A DNA stretch of 64,000 nt from Candidatus Cloacimonadota bacterium (GTDB lineage Bacteria; Cloacimonadota; Cloacimonadia; Cloacimonadales; Cloacimonadaceae). The stretch covers positions 140-64,139 of the forward strand of contig JAGOKK010000001.1 of assembly GCA_017994635.1 (NCBI GenBank), given 5' to 3'. The position numbers were made by a program, and so were the translations under genes. Position 1 is the stretch's first letter; every line of letters begins with the position of its first letter. Below the pieces are notes generated by a model, which ran no database searches, was not told the origin of the DNA, and saw only the letters and a program-made list of their open reading frames with translations. This document shows positions 9,032 to 18,135 of this stretch, piece by piece.

Positions 9032-11752
9032 ATGGCAAAACAACAGGAAATCAGGAAGCTGGCCCAGAAAAGCGCCGCCAAGGAATATAAGAAACCGGAA
9101 CCGGTAAAACGGATCGATGATGCCGCGATAAAGCCACAGGCCATCGTGCCCCTAAAGCAAAACACGATAGTGGCGTGGATCATATTCGCTCTCACTCTGA
9201 TCGTATATACTCTCACGCAGGCACGTTCGATGAGCTTTTGGGATAGCGGAGAATATGCCACCTGCATCAGCATCCTGGGTGTTCCTCATCCCCCGGGAAA
9301 TCCTTTTTATATAGTATTTGGACGAGGGATTGTGGCACTATTTGGCGGAATCTTCTCTCATGCCATGATCGCGGCCTTCCTCTCTGGATTAGCCTCCGCT
9401 TTTGCCGTGATGTTCACCTATCTGTTTACCGTTAAGCTGGTAAGCATGCTAAAGGTAAAGGCCTGGGAAGCGATGTTTGCCGGCACCATAGCCGCACTTT
9501 ACACAGCTTTTTCCTTTACATTCTGGATGAATGCCATCGAAGCAGAGGTATATTCCGGCCTGGTCTTCTTTGTAAATTTCATCATCTGGCTAACCCTATA
9601 TTGGGTTGAAAAATCCGAGGACTACAATCAGCAAAACATCCTGCTCTTCATCGTCTATCTCTTCTTCGTAGGCTTTGGCGTGCACCAGACTGCCCTCCAG
9701 ATCGCCCCCGCAGTTCTCTTCATCATCGTATATCCCATGCTGCAAAAAGGAAACCGCAATGATAACTTCTGGTTGAAGGTGGTGGGCTATAGCATGGCCA
9801 TCTTGGCAGGTTACTTCATCGCCGGCGGCATCGGCAACAAGCTGGGTATTGATGATTTCGACAAATGGGGCTTCACATTGGTAACTCTTATCATTGCCGC
9901 ATACGAACTGCGTGACGTCTTTGGCAAACGCTTCTGGCAGCTTTCTATCCTGCTGGTTCTGATCGGGCTTTCCAGTCATCTCTATCTGATGATCAGAGCA
10001 GCCGACCGCCCTTTTATCAATGAAGGACACCCCAGCACACTGAGTACTTTCAAGGACTACGTGCTTCGCAAGCAATATGGCAATACCAGCTTCGTAGTGC
10101 GGAGAGGCAACTTCTTTACTGACCAGCTGGGACACCATTTCCTGCGCTATTTCGGCATGCAGTGGTTCCCCGAAGGTCTGTTTGCACCTGTGATCAAGAC
10201 AGCGGGAACGATCGGCAGGAATCTGGCCGGTATGTTTATCGCGCTGCTGGGTGTACTCGGTGCCACATATCATCATCGGAAAAACCGACATAGCTTCAAT
10301 TACTTTTTCAGTATCTTCATCTTCACTACTCTGGTAATGGTCTTTGTGATGAATCTCTCCAATGCTGAGGTCAGGGACAGAGACTATTTCTTCGTAGTAG
10401 CTTACAATATGTGGGCTGTATGGCTTGGCATTGGAGCTCTGGCAGTGGTGAACCTGGTAAACAAGGATAGCATCAGATACGCCCTGGCCGCATTGATGCT
10501 GCTGTTGCCCATCGGCAATATGATCAGCCAATACCACTCTCATGACCGTTCCAACGAGTTTATCGCCCTGGATTATGGAGTTAACTTCCTCAATTCTCTG
10601 GAAGAAAACGCCATTATCTTCACCAACGGGGATAATGATACTTTCCCCCTCTGGTATGCCCAGGCTGTGGCTGATCCATACGCCAAGGAGCATGTGTATC
10701 CTGCCACAGAAGTAGCGCCATCAGAGGAAGCCAGGAAAGCTATGGAACAAGCCCTGGCCTATAAAAACAAGTATTTGAAGGGTATCCGCAAGGATGTATC
10801 TGTAGCGAATCTATCGCTTTTAAACACGCCGTGGTATGTGCGCCAGCTCCGTGACAAGGAAGGAGTGCTATTCTCCATGCCGGACAGCAGCATCGACAAA
10901 CTTCAGGTGAGTAGATTGCAGCAAAACCTCATAGTCCCAGGCACCGAGGCCAGCAGCGGCTTCGTGAAGCAAATGTCCGAAACACCCGAGTGGCGCGAAA
11001 ATGAGCCCTTCTACCGCGTCTCAGATCTCGCTGTGATGCAGATCATCAAAGACAATTTCGGTCATCGTCCCATCTACTTCGCCGTTACATGTGAGAGCTT
11101 TATCGGCTTTGAAGAATATACCCGCAATGAAGGAATGGTCGCGCGTCTGGTGGCCGTTCCCGGCGATGATATGGTGAATGGACCCCGATTGCTGAAGAAC
11201 ATAGACGAGATTTATGAATATCGCTCCATTGAGGATGAAAGTGTATTCAAGGACGACAATATGCGTCGTTTGGTAATGAACTACGGTTCTGGCTTTGTGC
11301 GCGCTGCCACATACCTGGCCGATCAGGGAGAAAACGAGAAGGCTGCAGCTTACATTGAGCGCGCCAGGGTCTTTATCGACGAGGAGATCAAGCTCACCGA
11401 TTTCTACACCCGGTTTTATAGTAATGCCGGAGAATGGGACAAGCTGGAGGGTTTCGTGGACAACGTGATCTTCAAGCATCCCCAGGGCTGGCGGATCTAC
11501 ATATCCTACGTGATGAGCTATATCTTGGAAAACCATCTGGAAGTGGCCAGCCGCTTCATCGAAAAAGGCACGTTGCAATATCCATCAGAGGAGTATTTCC
11601 TGCAGTTGATCATGCATTACGCGGAAAAGTACGAGCAGTTTGACGATGCCAAAGCCATACTGAAGAGGGTTCAATCCCGAGTTCGCTACGATGTAAATCC
11701 CTACATCGAGGAATTGAACAAGATGCAGGCAGGAGTGGTGAGTGGCGTCTGA
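9032..11752 (+). CDS. Large polytopic membrane protein, DUF2723 / TMEM260-like (GT-C-fold glycosyltransferase-like), with a soluble helical-repeat C-terminal half
   Basis: 906 aa. The N-terminal motif SFWDSGEYATCISILGVPHPPGNPFY matches my recollection of the DUF2723 signature (WD.GE....GV.HPPG.P). About 10 or more TM segments are followed by ~400 soluble residues. Confidence 0.6.
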   Translation: MAKQQEIRKLAQKSAAKEYKKPEPVKRIDDAAIKPQAIVPLKQNTIVAWIIFALTLIVYTLTQARSMSFWDSGEYATCISILGVPHPPGNPFYIVFGRGIVALFGGIFSHAMIAAFLSGLASAFAVMFTYLFTVKLVSMLKVKAWEAMFAGTIAALYTAFSFTFWMNAIEAEVYSGLVFFVNFIIWLTLYWVEKSEDYNQQNILLFIVYLFFVGFGVHQTALQIAPAVLFIIVYPMLQKGNRNDNFWLKVVGYSMAILAGYFIAGGIGNKLGIDDFDKWGFTLVTLIIAAYELRDVFGKRFWQLSILLVLIGLSSHLYLMIRAADRPFINEGHPSTLSTFKDYVLRKQYGNTSFVVRRGNFFTDQLGHHFLRYFGMQWFPEGLFAPVIKTAGTIGRNLAGMFIALLGVLGATYHHRKNRHSFNYFFSIFIFTTLVMVFVMNLSNAEVRDRDYFFVVAYNMWAVWLGIGALAVVNLVNKDSIRYALAALMLLLPIGNMISQYHSHDRSNEFIALDYGVNFLNSLEENAIIFTNGDNDTFPLWYAQAVADPYAKEHVYPATEVAPSEEARKAMEQALAYKNKYLKGIRKDVSVANLSLLNTPWYVRQLRDKEGVLFSMPDSSIDKLQVSRLQQNLIVPGTEASSGFVKQMSETPEWRENEPFYRVSDLAVMQIIKDNFGHRPIYFAVTCESFIGFEEYTRNEGMVARLVAVPGDDMVNGPRLLKNIDEIYEYRSIEDESVFKDDNMRRLVMNYGSGFVRAATYLADQGENEKAAAYIERARVFIDEEIKLTDFYTRFYSNAGEWDKLEGFVDNVIFKHPQGWRIYISYVMSYILENHLEVASRFIEKGTLQYPSEEYFLQLIMHYAEKYEQFDDAKAILKRVQSRVRYDVNPYIEELNKMQAGVVSGV

Positions 11753-13424
11753 AGTGTATAGCGTTCTTATTGGCGGTAAAGCAGGCGAAGGCGTAAAGAA
11801 AGCGGCACAGCTGATCGCTCATATCGCAATGGCCTGCGGAAAGCACGTGTTTCAGGAAGATGATTATCAGTCTCTGATCAAGGGCGGGCACAACTTCAGT
11901 ATTGTCAGCATCAGCGACGAAATACTGTATAACAGTTACAAATATCCTGATCTGATCATCAGTTTTGACGACCGCAGCATCCGCACCCACAGCGCGAAGC
12001 TAAAGCCGGGAGGGCTGCATTTCTGCAATGGCGACGATGCTGCATCGGCTGAGGCAACCGCTCTAAGGCTTCCCCTTAGCTCGCTGATGAAAAGCGTTTA
12101 CGGCGAGGAGGGGAACGTCTCTTTGGCAGCGGTGTCAATATTTTGTGCACAATGGGGTATCCCGGTAGAAACGTTCGGTCGGTTGATTGACAGAGAGTAT
12201 AGACGCAATCAGGCAGAGAATCGCAGCTTCGCAGAACAGGTGTATCAGTTAACCAAAGAAATACTCCCCCACACACCTGCCACACACCAGATGTCCACAA
12301 GCCCAGCAAAACTATACAGCGGCAATCAGTTAATCGCATCCGGCGCCTGGACTGCCGGCCTGGATTTATACTTCAGTTATCCCATGACTCCAGCATCCTC
12401 TATCCTGCATTACCTGGCGCTCAAACGCGATAGTCACAAGGTTTATGCCATCCACGTGGAAAGTGAATTAGCTGCGGCAAATATGGCTATCGGAGCGCTC
12501 TTCGCCGGGAAGAAAGCTGCCGTGGGCAGTAGCGGCGGTGGCTTTGCCTTGATGCAGGAAGCCTTTTCCCTGGCGGGAATGGTGGAAGCGCCGCTCTTAT
12601 GTTTCCTTTCGTCCCGGCCCGGCCCTGCCACTGGGGTTTCCACCTATACTGCACAGGAAGATCTCTTCTTCGCCCTGAACCAGGGGCACGGTGAGTTTCC
12701 TCGCATTGTGGCCTCGCCGGATAGTTTTGAACGTGCCTTTACTTTGTCCGCAGAATTGCTGGATCTGGCCTGGGAAGCGCAAACTCCCGCCATCCTGCTA
12801 ACGGAAAAGCATCTCAGCGAAAGCGCAGCCGACATCGTGCTAAGTGATGTAGATTTTCCCCAGGAAGCACCACTACCTATATCTGATGAAAGCGATTACA
12901 AGCGCTATGCTATAACCGATAGCGGCATTTCCCCACTAAAGTTCCCCGGCCATGCTCATTCTGGCGATGATGACGTGATCAAATGGAACAGTCACGAGCA
13001 TGGAGAGAATGGGGTCAGAATCGATAATGCACCAGCGATGATCGCAATGAAGGACAAACGCAACCGCAAAGCGGCATCTATCAGACAGGCAACCAGGAGA
13101 TATAAGCGCGTTGCTCATTACGGAAAAGGGGATACGCTGGTCTTTGCGTATGGTTCAACTGCTTTGGAGCTGCGTGAAGCCCTAAAGTATCATTCCTTCA
13201 AGCTGATCGTTCCCATCTATCTGGAGCCTTTCCCATCCGAGGAATTGGCTGAGTATAGAGGGAAAGAGGCTATCATCGTGGAGCATTCCTCACATCCTCA
13301 TTTTGCGGAGTTTCTGCGCATAAAGCTGGATATCAGGAGCAAAGCAGATATACTGCGCTATGATGGGAGAACCTGGGATTCCATGGAACTGGCGAAACTG
13401 ATCCGGGAGGCAGAGAATGCGTAG
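11742..13424 (+). CDS. korA: 2-oxoacid:ferredoxin oxidoreductase, fused gamma-alpha subunit
   Basis: 560 aa. The gamma-type N-terminus is VLIGGKAGEGVKKAAQLIA, and the alpha domain carries YPMTPASSIL and the SELAAANMAIGA context. The start is GTG at 11742 or GTG at 11754. Substrate (2-oxoglutarate or another 2-oxoacid) cannot be resolved by eye. Confidence 0.8.
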   Translation: MASEVYSVLIGGKAGEGVKKAAQLIAHIAMACGKHVFQEDDYQSLIKGGHNFSIVSISDEILYNSYKYPDLIISFDDRSIRTHSAKLKPGGLHFCNGDDAASAEATALRLPLSSLMKSVYGEEGNVSLAAVSIFCAQWGIPVETFGRLIDREYRRNQAENRSFAEQVYQLTKEILPHTPATHQMSTSPAKLYSGNQLIASGAWTAGLDLYFSYPMTPASSILHYLALKRDSHKVYAIHVESELAAANMAIGALFAGKKAAVGSSGGGFALMQEAFSLAGMVEAPLLCFLSSRPGPATGVSTYTAQEDLFFALNQGHGEFPRIVASPDSFERAFTLSAELLDLAWEAQTPAILLTEKHLSESAADIVLSDVDFPQEAPLPISDESDYKRYAITDSGISPLKFPGHAHSGDDDVIKWNSHEHGENGVRIDNAPAMIAMKDKRNRKAASIRQATRRYKRVAHYGKGDTLVFAYGSTALELREALKYHSFKLIVPIYLEPFPSEELAEYRGKEAIIVEHSSHPHFAEFLRIKLDIRSKADILRYDGRTWDSMELAKLIREAENA

Positions 13425-14235
13425 TTTAAATACCGGCAAGGAGAATACCTGGTGTGTGGGCTGCGGCAATTTCGGGATCATGGCAGCCATGAAGAAAGCT
13501 GTGAGCGCAATGGTAGAAAGCGGTGTATCCCTCAGCGATATCGCCATAACCTGCGGCATCGGTTGTCATGGCAAAATGTTTGACTACCTGAGTATCAGCG
13601 GCATTTACGGTTTACACGGCAGAGCCCTGGCCACTGCGCAGGGTGTGAAGCTGGCCAATCCAGAACTAAAACTCATCAGTTTCGGTGGTGATGGCGACAG
13701 CCTCGGTGAAGGTCTAGAACACACGATGTTCGCCGCCAAACGCAACATCGACGTCACACTCATCCTGCACAATAATGGCAATTACGGGCTCACCACAGGG
13801 CAGGCTTCGCCTCTATCCTACACTGGCTATAAGGGTCTTTCCACTCCCATGGGAAATGTGGAGGCACCATTCAATCCCGTCACTCTGATGATGGAAGCTG
13901 GAGCCAGTTTTATCGCCCGGACTTACAGCGCTAAAATCGATCACCTTAGTAGCCTGATCCAACAGGCAGTATTCCATAAAGGCTTTTCGTTCATCGAGGT
14001 ATTGCAACCCTGTGTGAGCTATAACAACACGTATGAGCTGTATAACTCCCGCTGTGTGATGATGGACGAAGTCCCTGCCACCGACGAAGTAGCTCGTGTA
14101 TTGGCCAAAGATACCGATCAGATACGCCTGGGCATCTTCAAACAAGTGATTGGGACAGAATACTGCGAGGCCATGGGCATCCAGGACAATCCCATGAGCC
14201 GTTCGCAGCGCCTGAAGCTGATAAGCGGGAGTTAA
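13417..14235 (+). CDS. korB: 2-oxoacid:ferredoxin oxidoreductase, beta (TPP-binding) subunit
   Basis: 272 aa with WCVGCGNFGI and the TPP motif GGDGDSLGEG...NNGNYGLTTGQ. It overlaps the alpha-subunit stop. Confidence 0.85.
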   Translation: MRSLNTGKENTWCVGCGNFGIMAAMKKAVSAMVESGVSLSDIAITCGIGCHGKMFDYLSISGIYGLHGRALATAQGVKLANPELKLISFGGDGDSLGEGLEHTMFAAKRNIDVTLILHNNGNYGLTTGQASPLSYTGYKGLSTPMGNVEAPFNPVTLMMEAGASFIARTYSAKIDHLSSLIQQAVFHKGFSFIEVLQPCVSYNNTYELYNSRCVMMDEVPATDEVARVLAKDTDQIRLGIFKQVIGTEYCEAMGIQDNPMSRSQRLKLISGS

Positions 14236-15005
14236 TGACCAAAATCCATCGCCGAAACGTCTTCCAAGCGCTCTTTCTAACAATAGGCTTGCTGATCCTT
14301 GCAATGGTCATCATAGAGGGACGACAGAGCATCCACAATTTCTGTCCCTACGCTGTAGTCTGCTTTGGCTTTTTGAAGGGGAACCTCCTCTTCTTTTCCA
14401 TAGGTGTCGCCGCCCTGGGGATCCTCATAGGGATGAGCTTCATGATCCTCAGCATGTTCTTTGGACGCGTCTTTTGCGGATATATCTGCCCTTTGGGAAC
14501 GCTACAGGAACTGCTTTTCGCGCTACGGAGCAAAAAGCGGGGAAAGCGGATGAACTGGCTGGTGGAGCGAAAACTGGCGCGATTCAAGTATTTCGTTCTG
14601 GCGCTTAATATCCTCCTCGTGGTAGCTGGTCTGACGTGGGTTTTCATCCCTTTTTGCCCCATCTATGGGATATCACGTTTACCTTCTTTAGCCCTTGGAG
14701 GTCTGGCAGTTTTCGTCCTGATCCTGGTGGTGGGATTCTTCGTGGAACGTCTCTGGTGCCGCTATCTCTGTCCCTACGCCGCTTTGTTGAATCTAGCTCA
14801 GGGCCTGGGCAAACTGTTTGGCATCAAGAGGACCATGGTCTTGCGTAATCTCGAACGCTGCATCGATTGCGGCATCTGCAGTGCCAATTGCCCCATGAAT
14901 CTGGATATTACATCCTCCGAATACGTGGATGATCCCAATTGCATCCACTGTCTGCGCTGTTCCCAGAAGTGTCCCAAACCTGGAACGATAAGGATTTGTA
15001 AATGA
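14235..15005 (+). CDS. Integral-membrane 4Fe-4S protein of the NapH/MauN/CcoG type
   Basis: 256 aa with about 4 TM segments. Two CX3CP motifs follow TM helices (CGYICPLGTLQE, CRYLCPYAAL), and there are two C-terminal ferredoxin motifs (CIDCGICSANCP, CIHCLRCSQKCP). The start overlaps the korB stop (TAATG). Confidence 0.7.
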   Translation: MTKIHRRNVFQALFLTIGLLILAMVIIEGRQSIHNFCPYAVVCFGFLKGNLLFFSIGVAALGILIGMSFMILSMFFGRVFCGYICPLGTLQELLFALRSKKRGKRMNWLVERKLARFKYFVLALNILLVVAGLTWVFIPFCPIYGISRLPSLALGGLAVFVLILVVGFFVERLWCRYLCPYAALLNLAQGLGKLFGIKRTMVLRNLERCIDCGICSANCPMNLDITSSEYVDDPNCIHCLRCSQKCPKPGTIRICK

Positions 15006-15601
15006 AGAATACCTACAAGATATTGCTGGTCGTATTACTTGTAGTGATCGCCCTGATGCAGTTCATGGCAGTGCAAGGAGTCTTTTGGGGGCAGAGTAAG
15101 CAGCAGGTATGCCCCGTGGATGCAATCACAATGGTCAATGGTAAAGCCGTAATCGACAGTGAAAAATGCATTGGTTGCCGCCGCTGCGTGGATGGTTTTG
15201 TGGCAATTCCCAATACTCTGCATCAAGACAAGGCCGGCACAGCACTAATAGAAGCCCTCGAGCATAGTAATACCGATGCTAGAACCCCTTCCTTTAATCC
15301 TGCTCCAGCGCCTCAATCTGATCCGGGTAGTGCCACCACTCCAGATACGAATGCATCCCTTCCGAAAGCCGAAAGCAAAGCCGATAGCCTGGAAACCATC
15401 GTCTATCAGGTGGATAGTGAAAGCTGCATCAGCTGCGGATTGTGCCTGCGAGCGTGCCCGGTGGAGGCTATCAGCTACAAAGATGGCAAAGCTTTTATTG
15501 ATCAGGATGTCTGTATCGACTGTGGGATATGCACGGGCGCTGATGAAGAGTTCTTTGCTGGATGTCCGGTAGATGCCATCAGCAAAGTCACAAAGCCATA
15601 G
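15002..15601 (+). CDS. Membrane-anchored 4Fe-4S ferredoxin-domain protein (polyferredoxin)
   Basis: 199 aa. It has an N-terminal TM (ILLVVLLVVIALMQFMAV), Cys motifs CPVDAI...CIGCRRCV, a Pro/Ser/Ala-rich linker, then CISCGLCLRACP and CIDCGICTG...CPVDAI. The start overlaps the upstream stop (ATGA). Confidence 0.75.
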   Translation: MKNTYKILLVVLLVVIALMQFMAVQGVFWGQSKQQVCPVDAITMVNGKAVIDSEKCIGCRRCVDGFVAIPNTLHQDKAGTALIEALEHSNTDARTPSFNPAPAPQSDPGSATTPDTNASLPKAESKADSLETIVYQVDSESCISCGLCLRACPVEAISYKDGKAFIDQDVCIDCGICTGADEEFFAGCPVDAISKVTKP

Positions 15602-15790
15602 CAGTGCTTCCAGGCTTCAGGAACAATACTTCGATCATCCCGTAAACAGGATCCCAAATTAGGGATTCCCCCTTTTCAAACTCTTGATAATATCATCATC
15701 AAGCCCTACTGAGCCCTGGTTCTCAGGGGCCTGATTGAGGCTAGATAAGGATGTGATCAAGGCTGTCCAGGGAGAGAGGATAGAGGGATC

Positions 15791-16546
15791 TTAGGGCTTT
15801 ATTACGGCCTCAGCCAAGGGTAACACCGGTAGGTCTTTGTCATGAACAAACTGCAGGATCTCCCTAAAAACGTCTGAATCACAGGAATCCTCGTAACCTT
15901 GAGCAGTGGCATTGAAACGATGAAAGCCAATGATGATCAAGCGCTCGTTGCCTGCCATCCCCCTTACGATGCGCTGTTTCACCACGTTCGCATCCCAACC
16001 TGTCTGAAAGGCAAGATAGCCCAAAGCCTGGCGATCGAGAGGAGCATGCATGGCAAAATCACTACTGCCACGAATGTTTGGATAAAGGCTTTGCAGAAAT
16101 GGGTAGATTTGCGCGGGACACTGACCCTTGGGCAAGGCAAAAGAACGTGGATTCAAGCCATGCGCGAGTAGATTGTCATAATCCTCCTGGATCACGCGGA
16201 TTGCCTCGTCATAATCCAGTTGGTTCAGGGCTTCATGGTTTAAAGTATGTCCGCCGGTCTCCCAACCATGCATTTGATCCATCTCGTTCAATTGGTCCCA
16301 TCCGAATTGCGCTGTACTGCCCAGTTTATTGGTGTTTACAAAGTTGGTGCCCCGGTAGCCGAATTGTTGCATGATTGGAAATGCCACATCATAAACAGAT
16401 TGGTGTTGATCGTCAAAAGTAAAAACGATGATGGGATTCGCTGAAGGTTCAGTGGCAAGAATCTTACAGCTGGGTATCCAGATCGCGGACATCAAGCTCA
16501 AAATCAAGAGCCAGACCAATTGTATGCCGCGGTTTCTCTTTGCCAT
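15791..16546 (-). CDS. Polysaccharide deacetylase (NodB-homology, CE4) with a signal peptide and a possible lipobox
   Basis: CE4 motifs FTFDDQHQSVY and GGHTLNH are present. The signal-like N-terminus is MAKRNRGIQLVWLLILSLMSAIWIPSC. I chose the start at Met9 (16546); the ORF-track start is 16570. Either start overlaps the upstream gene, by 83 or 107 nt. Confidence 0.75.
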   Translation of the reverse strand: MAKRNRGIQLVWLLILSLMSAIWIPSCKILATEPSANPIIVFTFDDQHQSVYDVAFPIMQQFGYRGTNFVNTNKLGSTAQFGWDQLNEMDQMHGWETGGHTLNHEALNQLDYDEAIRVIQEDYDNLLAHGLNPRSFALPKGQCPAQIYPFLQSLYPNIRGSSDFAMHAPLDRQALGYLAFQTGWDANVVKQRIVRGMAGNERLIIIGFHRFNATAQGYEDSCDSDVFREILQFVHDKDLPVLPLAEAVIKP

Positions 16547-17498
16547 AGTAACTGTAATCATAATATACACCGATGGAAGAAGCGTTTACAGGTAGCTGAT
16601 ACTTGGCCATCAAACGGTGCTGCCACAGCTTATCCTGGTCGATCAGATGTAGGTTTGAGATGGGAATAATGCGATAATTACCCAAAGCATGTTCATAGCG
16701 CAGATGATACTGCTGCTTCTCCTTGGGAGCATAGTTCTGCTTGAGATACATCATTCCGCCAGCGACTCGCCCCCTGGAGTGAAGCTGATACTGTACCTCG
16801 GTCTGGCCAAAGAAATCCGCATGCGCCTCAGTGGCTTCCCATTCGGGGTAAAGGGAGAGGGCAAAAGTGCCGTCCAGATCGAGCCTGGGAAGGCTGCGGC
16901 TGATTTCCAAACCAGTGATGCTGACTGGTGTCCGCCAATGGCTGTCCATCACTCGAAGGTCCTCGTGCAGACTGAGGAAGTCGCCGTTATCAAACAGGTA
17001 AGCAAGAGTTATCATCCCAGTGGCCTGATTATGTTTGTTACCCCCCAGATCCAGCCTGAGGAAAAGGTCATTGGTCAGCTCTCCGCTGATCCCGAGGGAA
17101 TTGAGCCGCATCGATTGATAGGGGTGGGGATCAAAACCATTCTCCAGCAGAGGATAAGAGTTCATGGCGTAGGCGGTGCCGTAACCATGCGTCGCGCTAC
17201 CAACTTGCAGATACAGATCATCGCTTTCGTAGCCCAGGCGGATACTCTGCAGCAGCACTCTTGCTTCGTCGAAAAACTGCTCGGTATAAAGCTCCAGCGA
17301 GAGGTCCATCTTCCCTACACTCAGACGCTTCAGGCCAAACTCCGAGCGATAGCTTTCATCCCAGCTAAGCTCTTTTCCGGATTGAAGAGTGTCGTAATAC
17401 ATTGTGTGCAGGGATTGCCATTTGGCATAAAAGGGAAGCTGCGCAGCGTTCAGAGCGCTAAAGGTAAGGATGAGAAGCAGCAAGGCTTTACTTTTCAT
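16464..17498 (-). CDS. Hypothetical secreted protein, outer-membrane beta-barrel-like
   Basis: 344 aa. It has the signal peptide MKSKALLLLILTFSALNA, a Tyr/Gly/Asp-rich composition and alternating hydrophobic patterns. I recognised no family. It overlaps the TetR stop by 11 nt. Confidence 0.45.
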   Translation of the reverse strand: MKSKALLLLILTFSALNAAQLPFYAKWQSLHTMYYDTLQSGKELSWDESYRSEFGLKRLSVGKMDLSLELYTEQFFDEARVLLQSIRLGYESDDLYLQVGSATHGYGTAYAMNSYPLLENGFDPHPYQSMRLNSLGISGELTNDLFLRLDLGGNKHNQATGMITLAYLFDNGDFLSLHEDLRVMDSHWRTPVSITGLEISRSLPRLDLDGTFALSLYPEWEATEAHADFFGQTEVQYQLHSRGRVAGGMMYLKQNYAPKEKQQYHLRYEHALGNYRIIPISNLHLIDQDKLWQHRLMAKYQLPVNASSIGVYYDYSYYGKEKPRHTIGLALDFELDVRDLDTQL

Positions 17499-18087
17499 TT
17501 ACGCCATATCTCAGTATGTCTCTTATGCTTTCAGCCAAACGTCCCATATCCACGTTTTCCTTGTGGACCAACCATTGGGCCATTGCCAGATCCATCACTC
17601 CAACCATGAGATAGGCAAATGCATCCTCATCGATGGGTCGGATCCTGTTTTCTGCGATAGCCCTGTGGGCAAGGGTTTTGACGTAATTGAGATAGCGCGA
17701 CAGGGGGTTGTAATCTGGATACTTTGCGAAGAAATCGTCGTTTTGCCTGGCTTCCATGGTGAGGAAACGCGCGATATATGGTTTTTCGATCACAAGATTG
17801 ATGTGCAATTCAAAGAAGCGATAGAGGCGATCCATCGTGTCTGGGATATTCTCTGTGGCGGAGATGATGGTCTGAATCTCCTGACCTATTATCTCTTGCA
17901 TACATTCGTTTAGCAGTTCTTCTTTCCCGGAGGAATAGACGTAAACAGTACCCTGTGCAATCCTCGCTCTCCTGGCGATGTCTGTGATGGTAGTTTGCTG
18001 CGATCCCTTTTCAGCAAAGACTTCGATGGCCTTTTCCAGGATCATACCACGCTTGTTTTTCCTTGTCGCGGCTCTTTGGTTTGTCAA
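17488..18087 (-). CDS. TetR/AcrR family transcriptional regulator
   Basis: 199 aa with the N-terminal HTH AIEVFAEKGSQQTTITDIARRARIAQGTVYVY. Confidence 0.85.
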   Translation of the reverse strand: MTNQRAATRKNKRGMILEKAIEVFAEKGSQQTTITDIARRARIAQGTVYVYSSGKEELLNECMQEIIGQEIQTIISATENIPDTMDRLYRFFELHINLVIEKPYIARFLTMEARQNDDFFAKYPDYNPLSRYLNYVKTLAHRAIAENRIRPIDEDAFAYLMVGVMDLAMAQWLVHKENVDMGRLAESIRDILRYGVNEK

Positions 18088-18135
18088 GGTATCCTCCCCA
18101 ATCAGATCAATGTTTCCATTAAAAAAGAAAGCTAT

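Noticed and set aside
9596-10693. 365-aa minus-strand ORF
   Set aside because: It lies entirely antisense to the DUF2723 membrane-protein gene. It has no recognisable motifs, and its composition is typical of a reverse-frame artefact of a hydrophobic gene.
16689-17609. 306-aa plus-strand ORF
   Set aside because: It is antisense to the signal-peptide/barrel-like gene and the TetR 3' end. It has no motifs, and the sense genes have proper signal peptide and HTH features.
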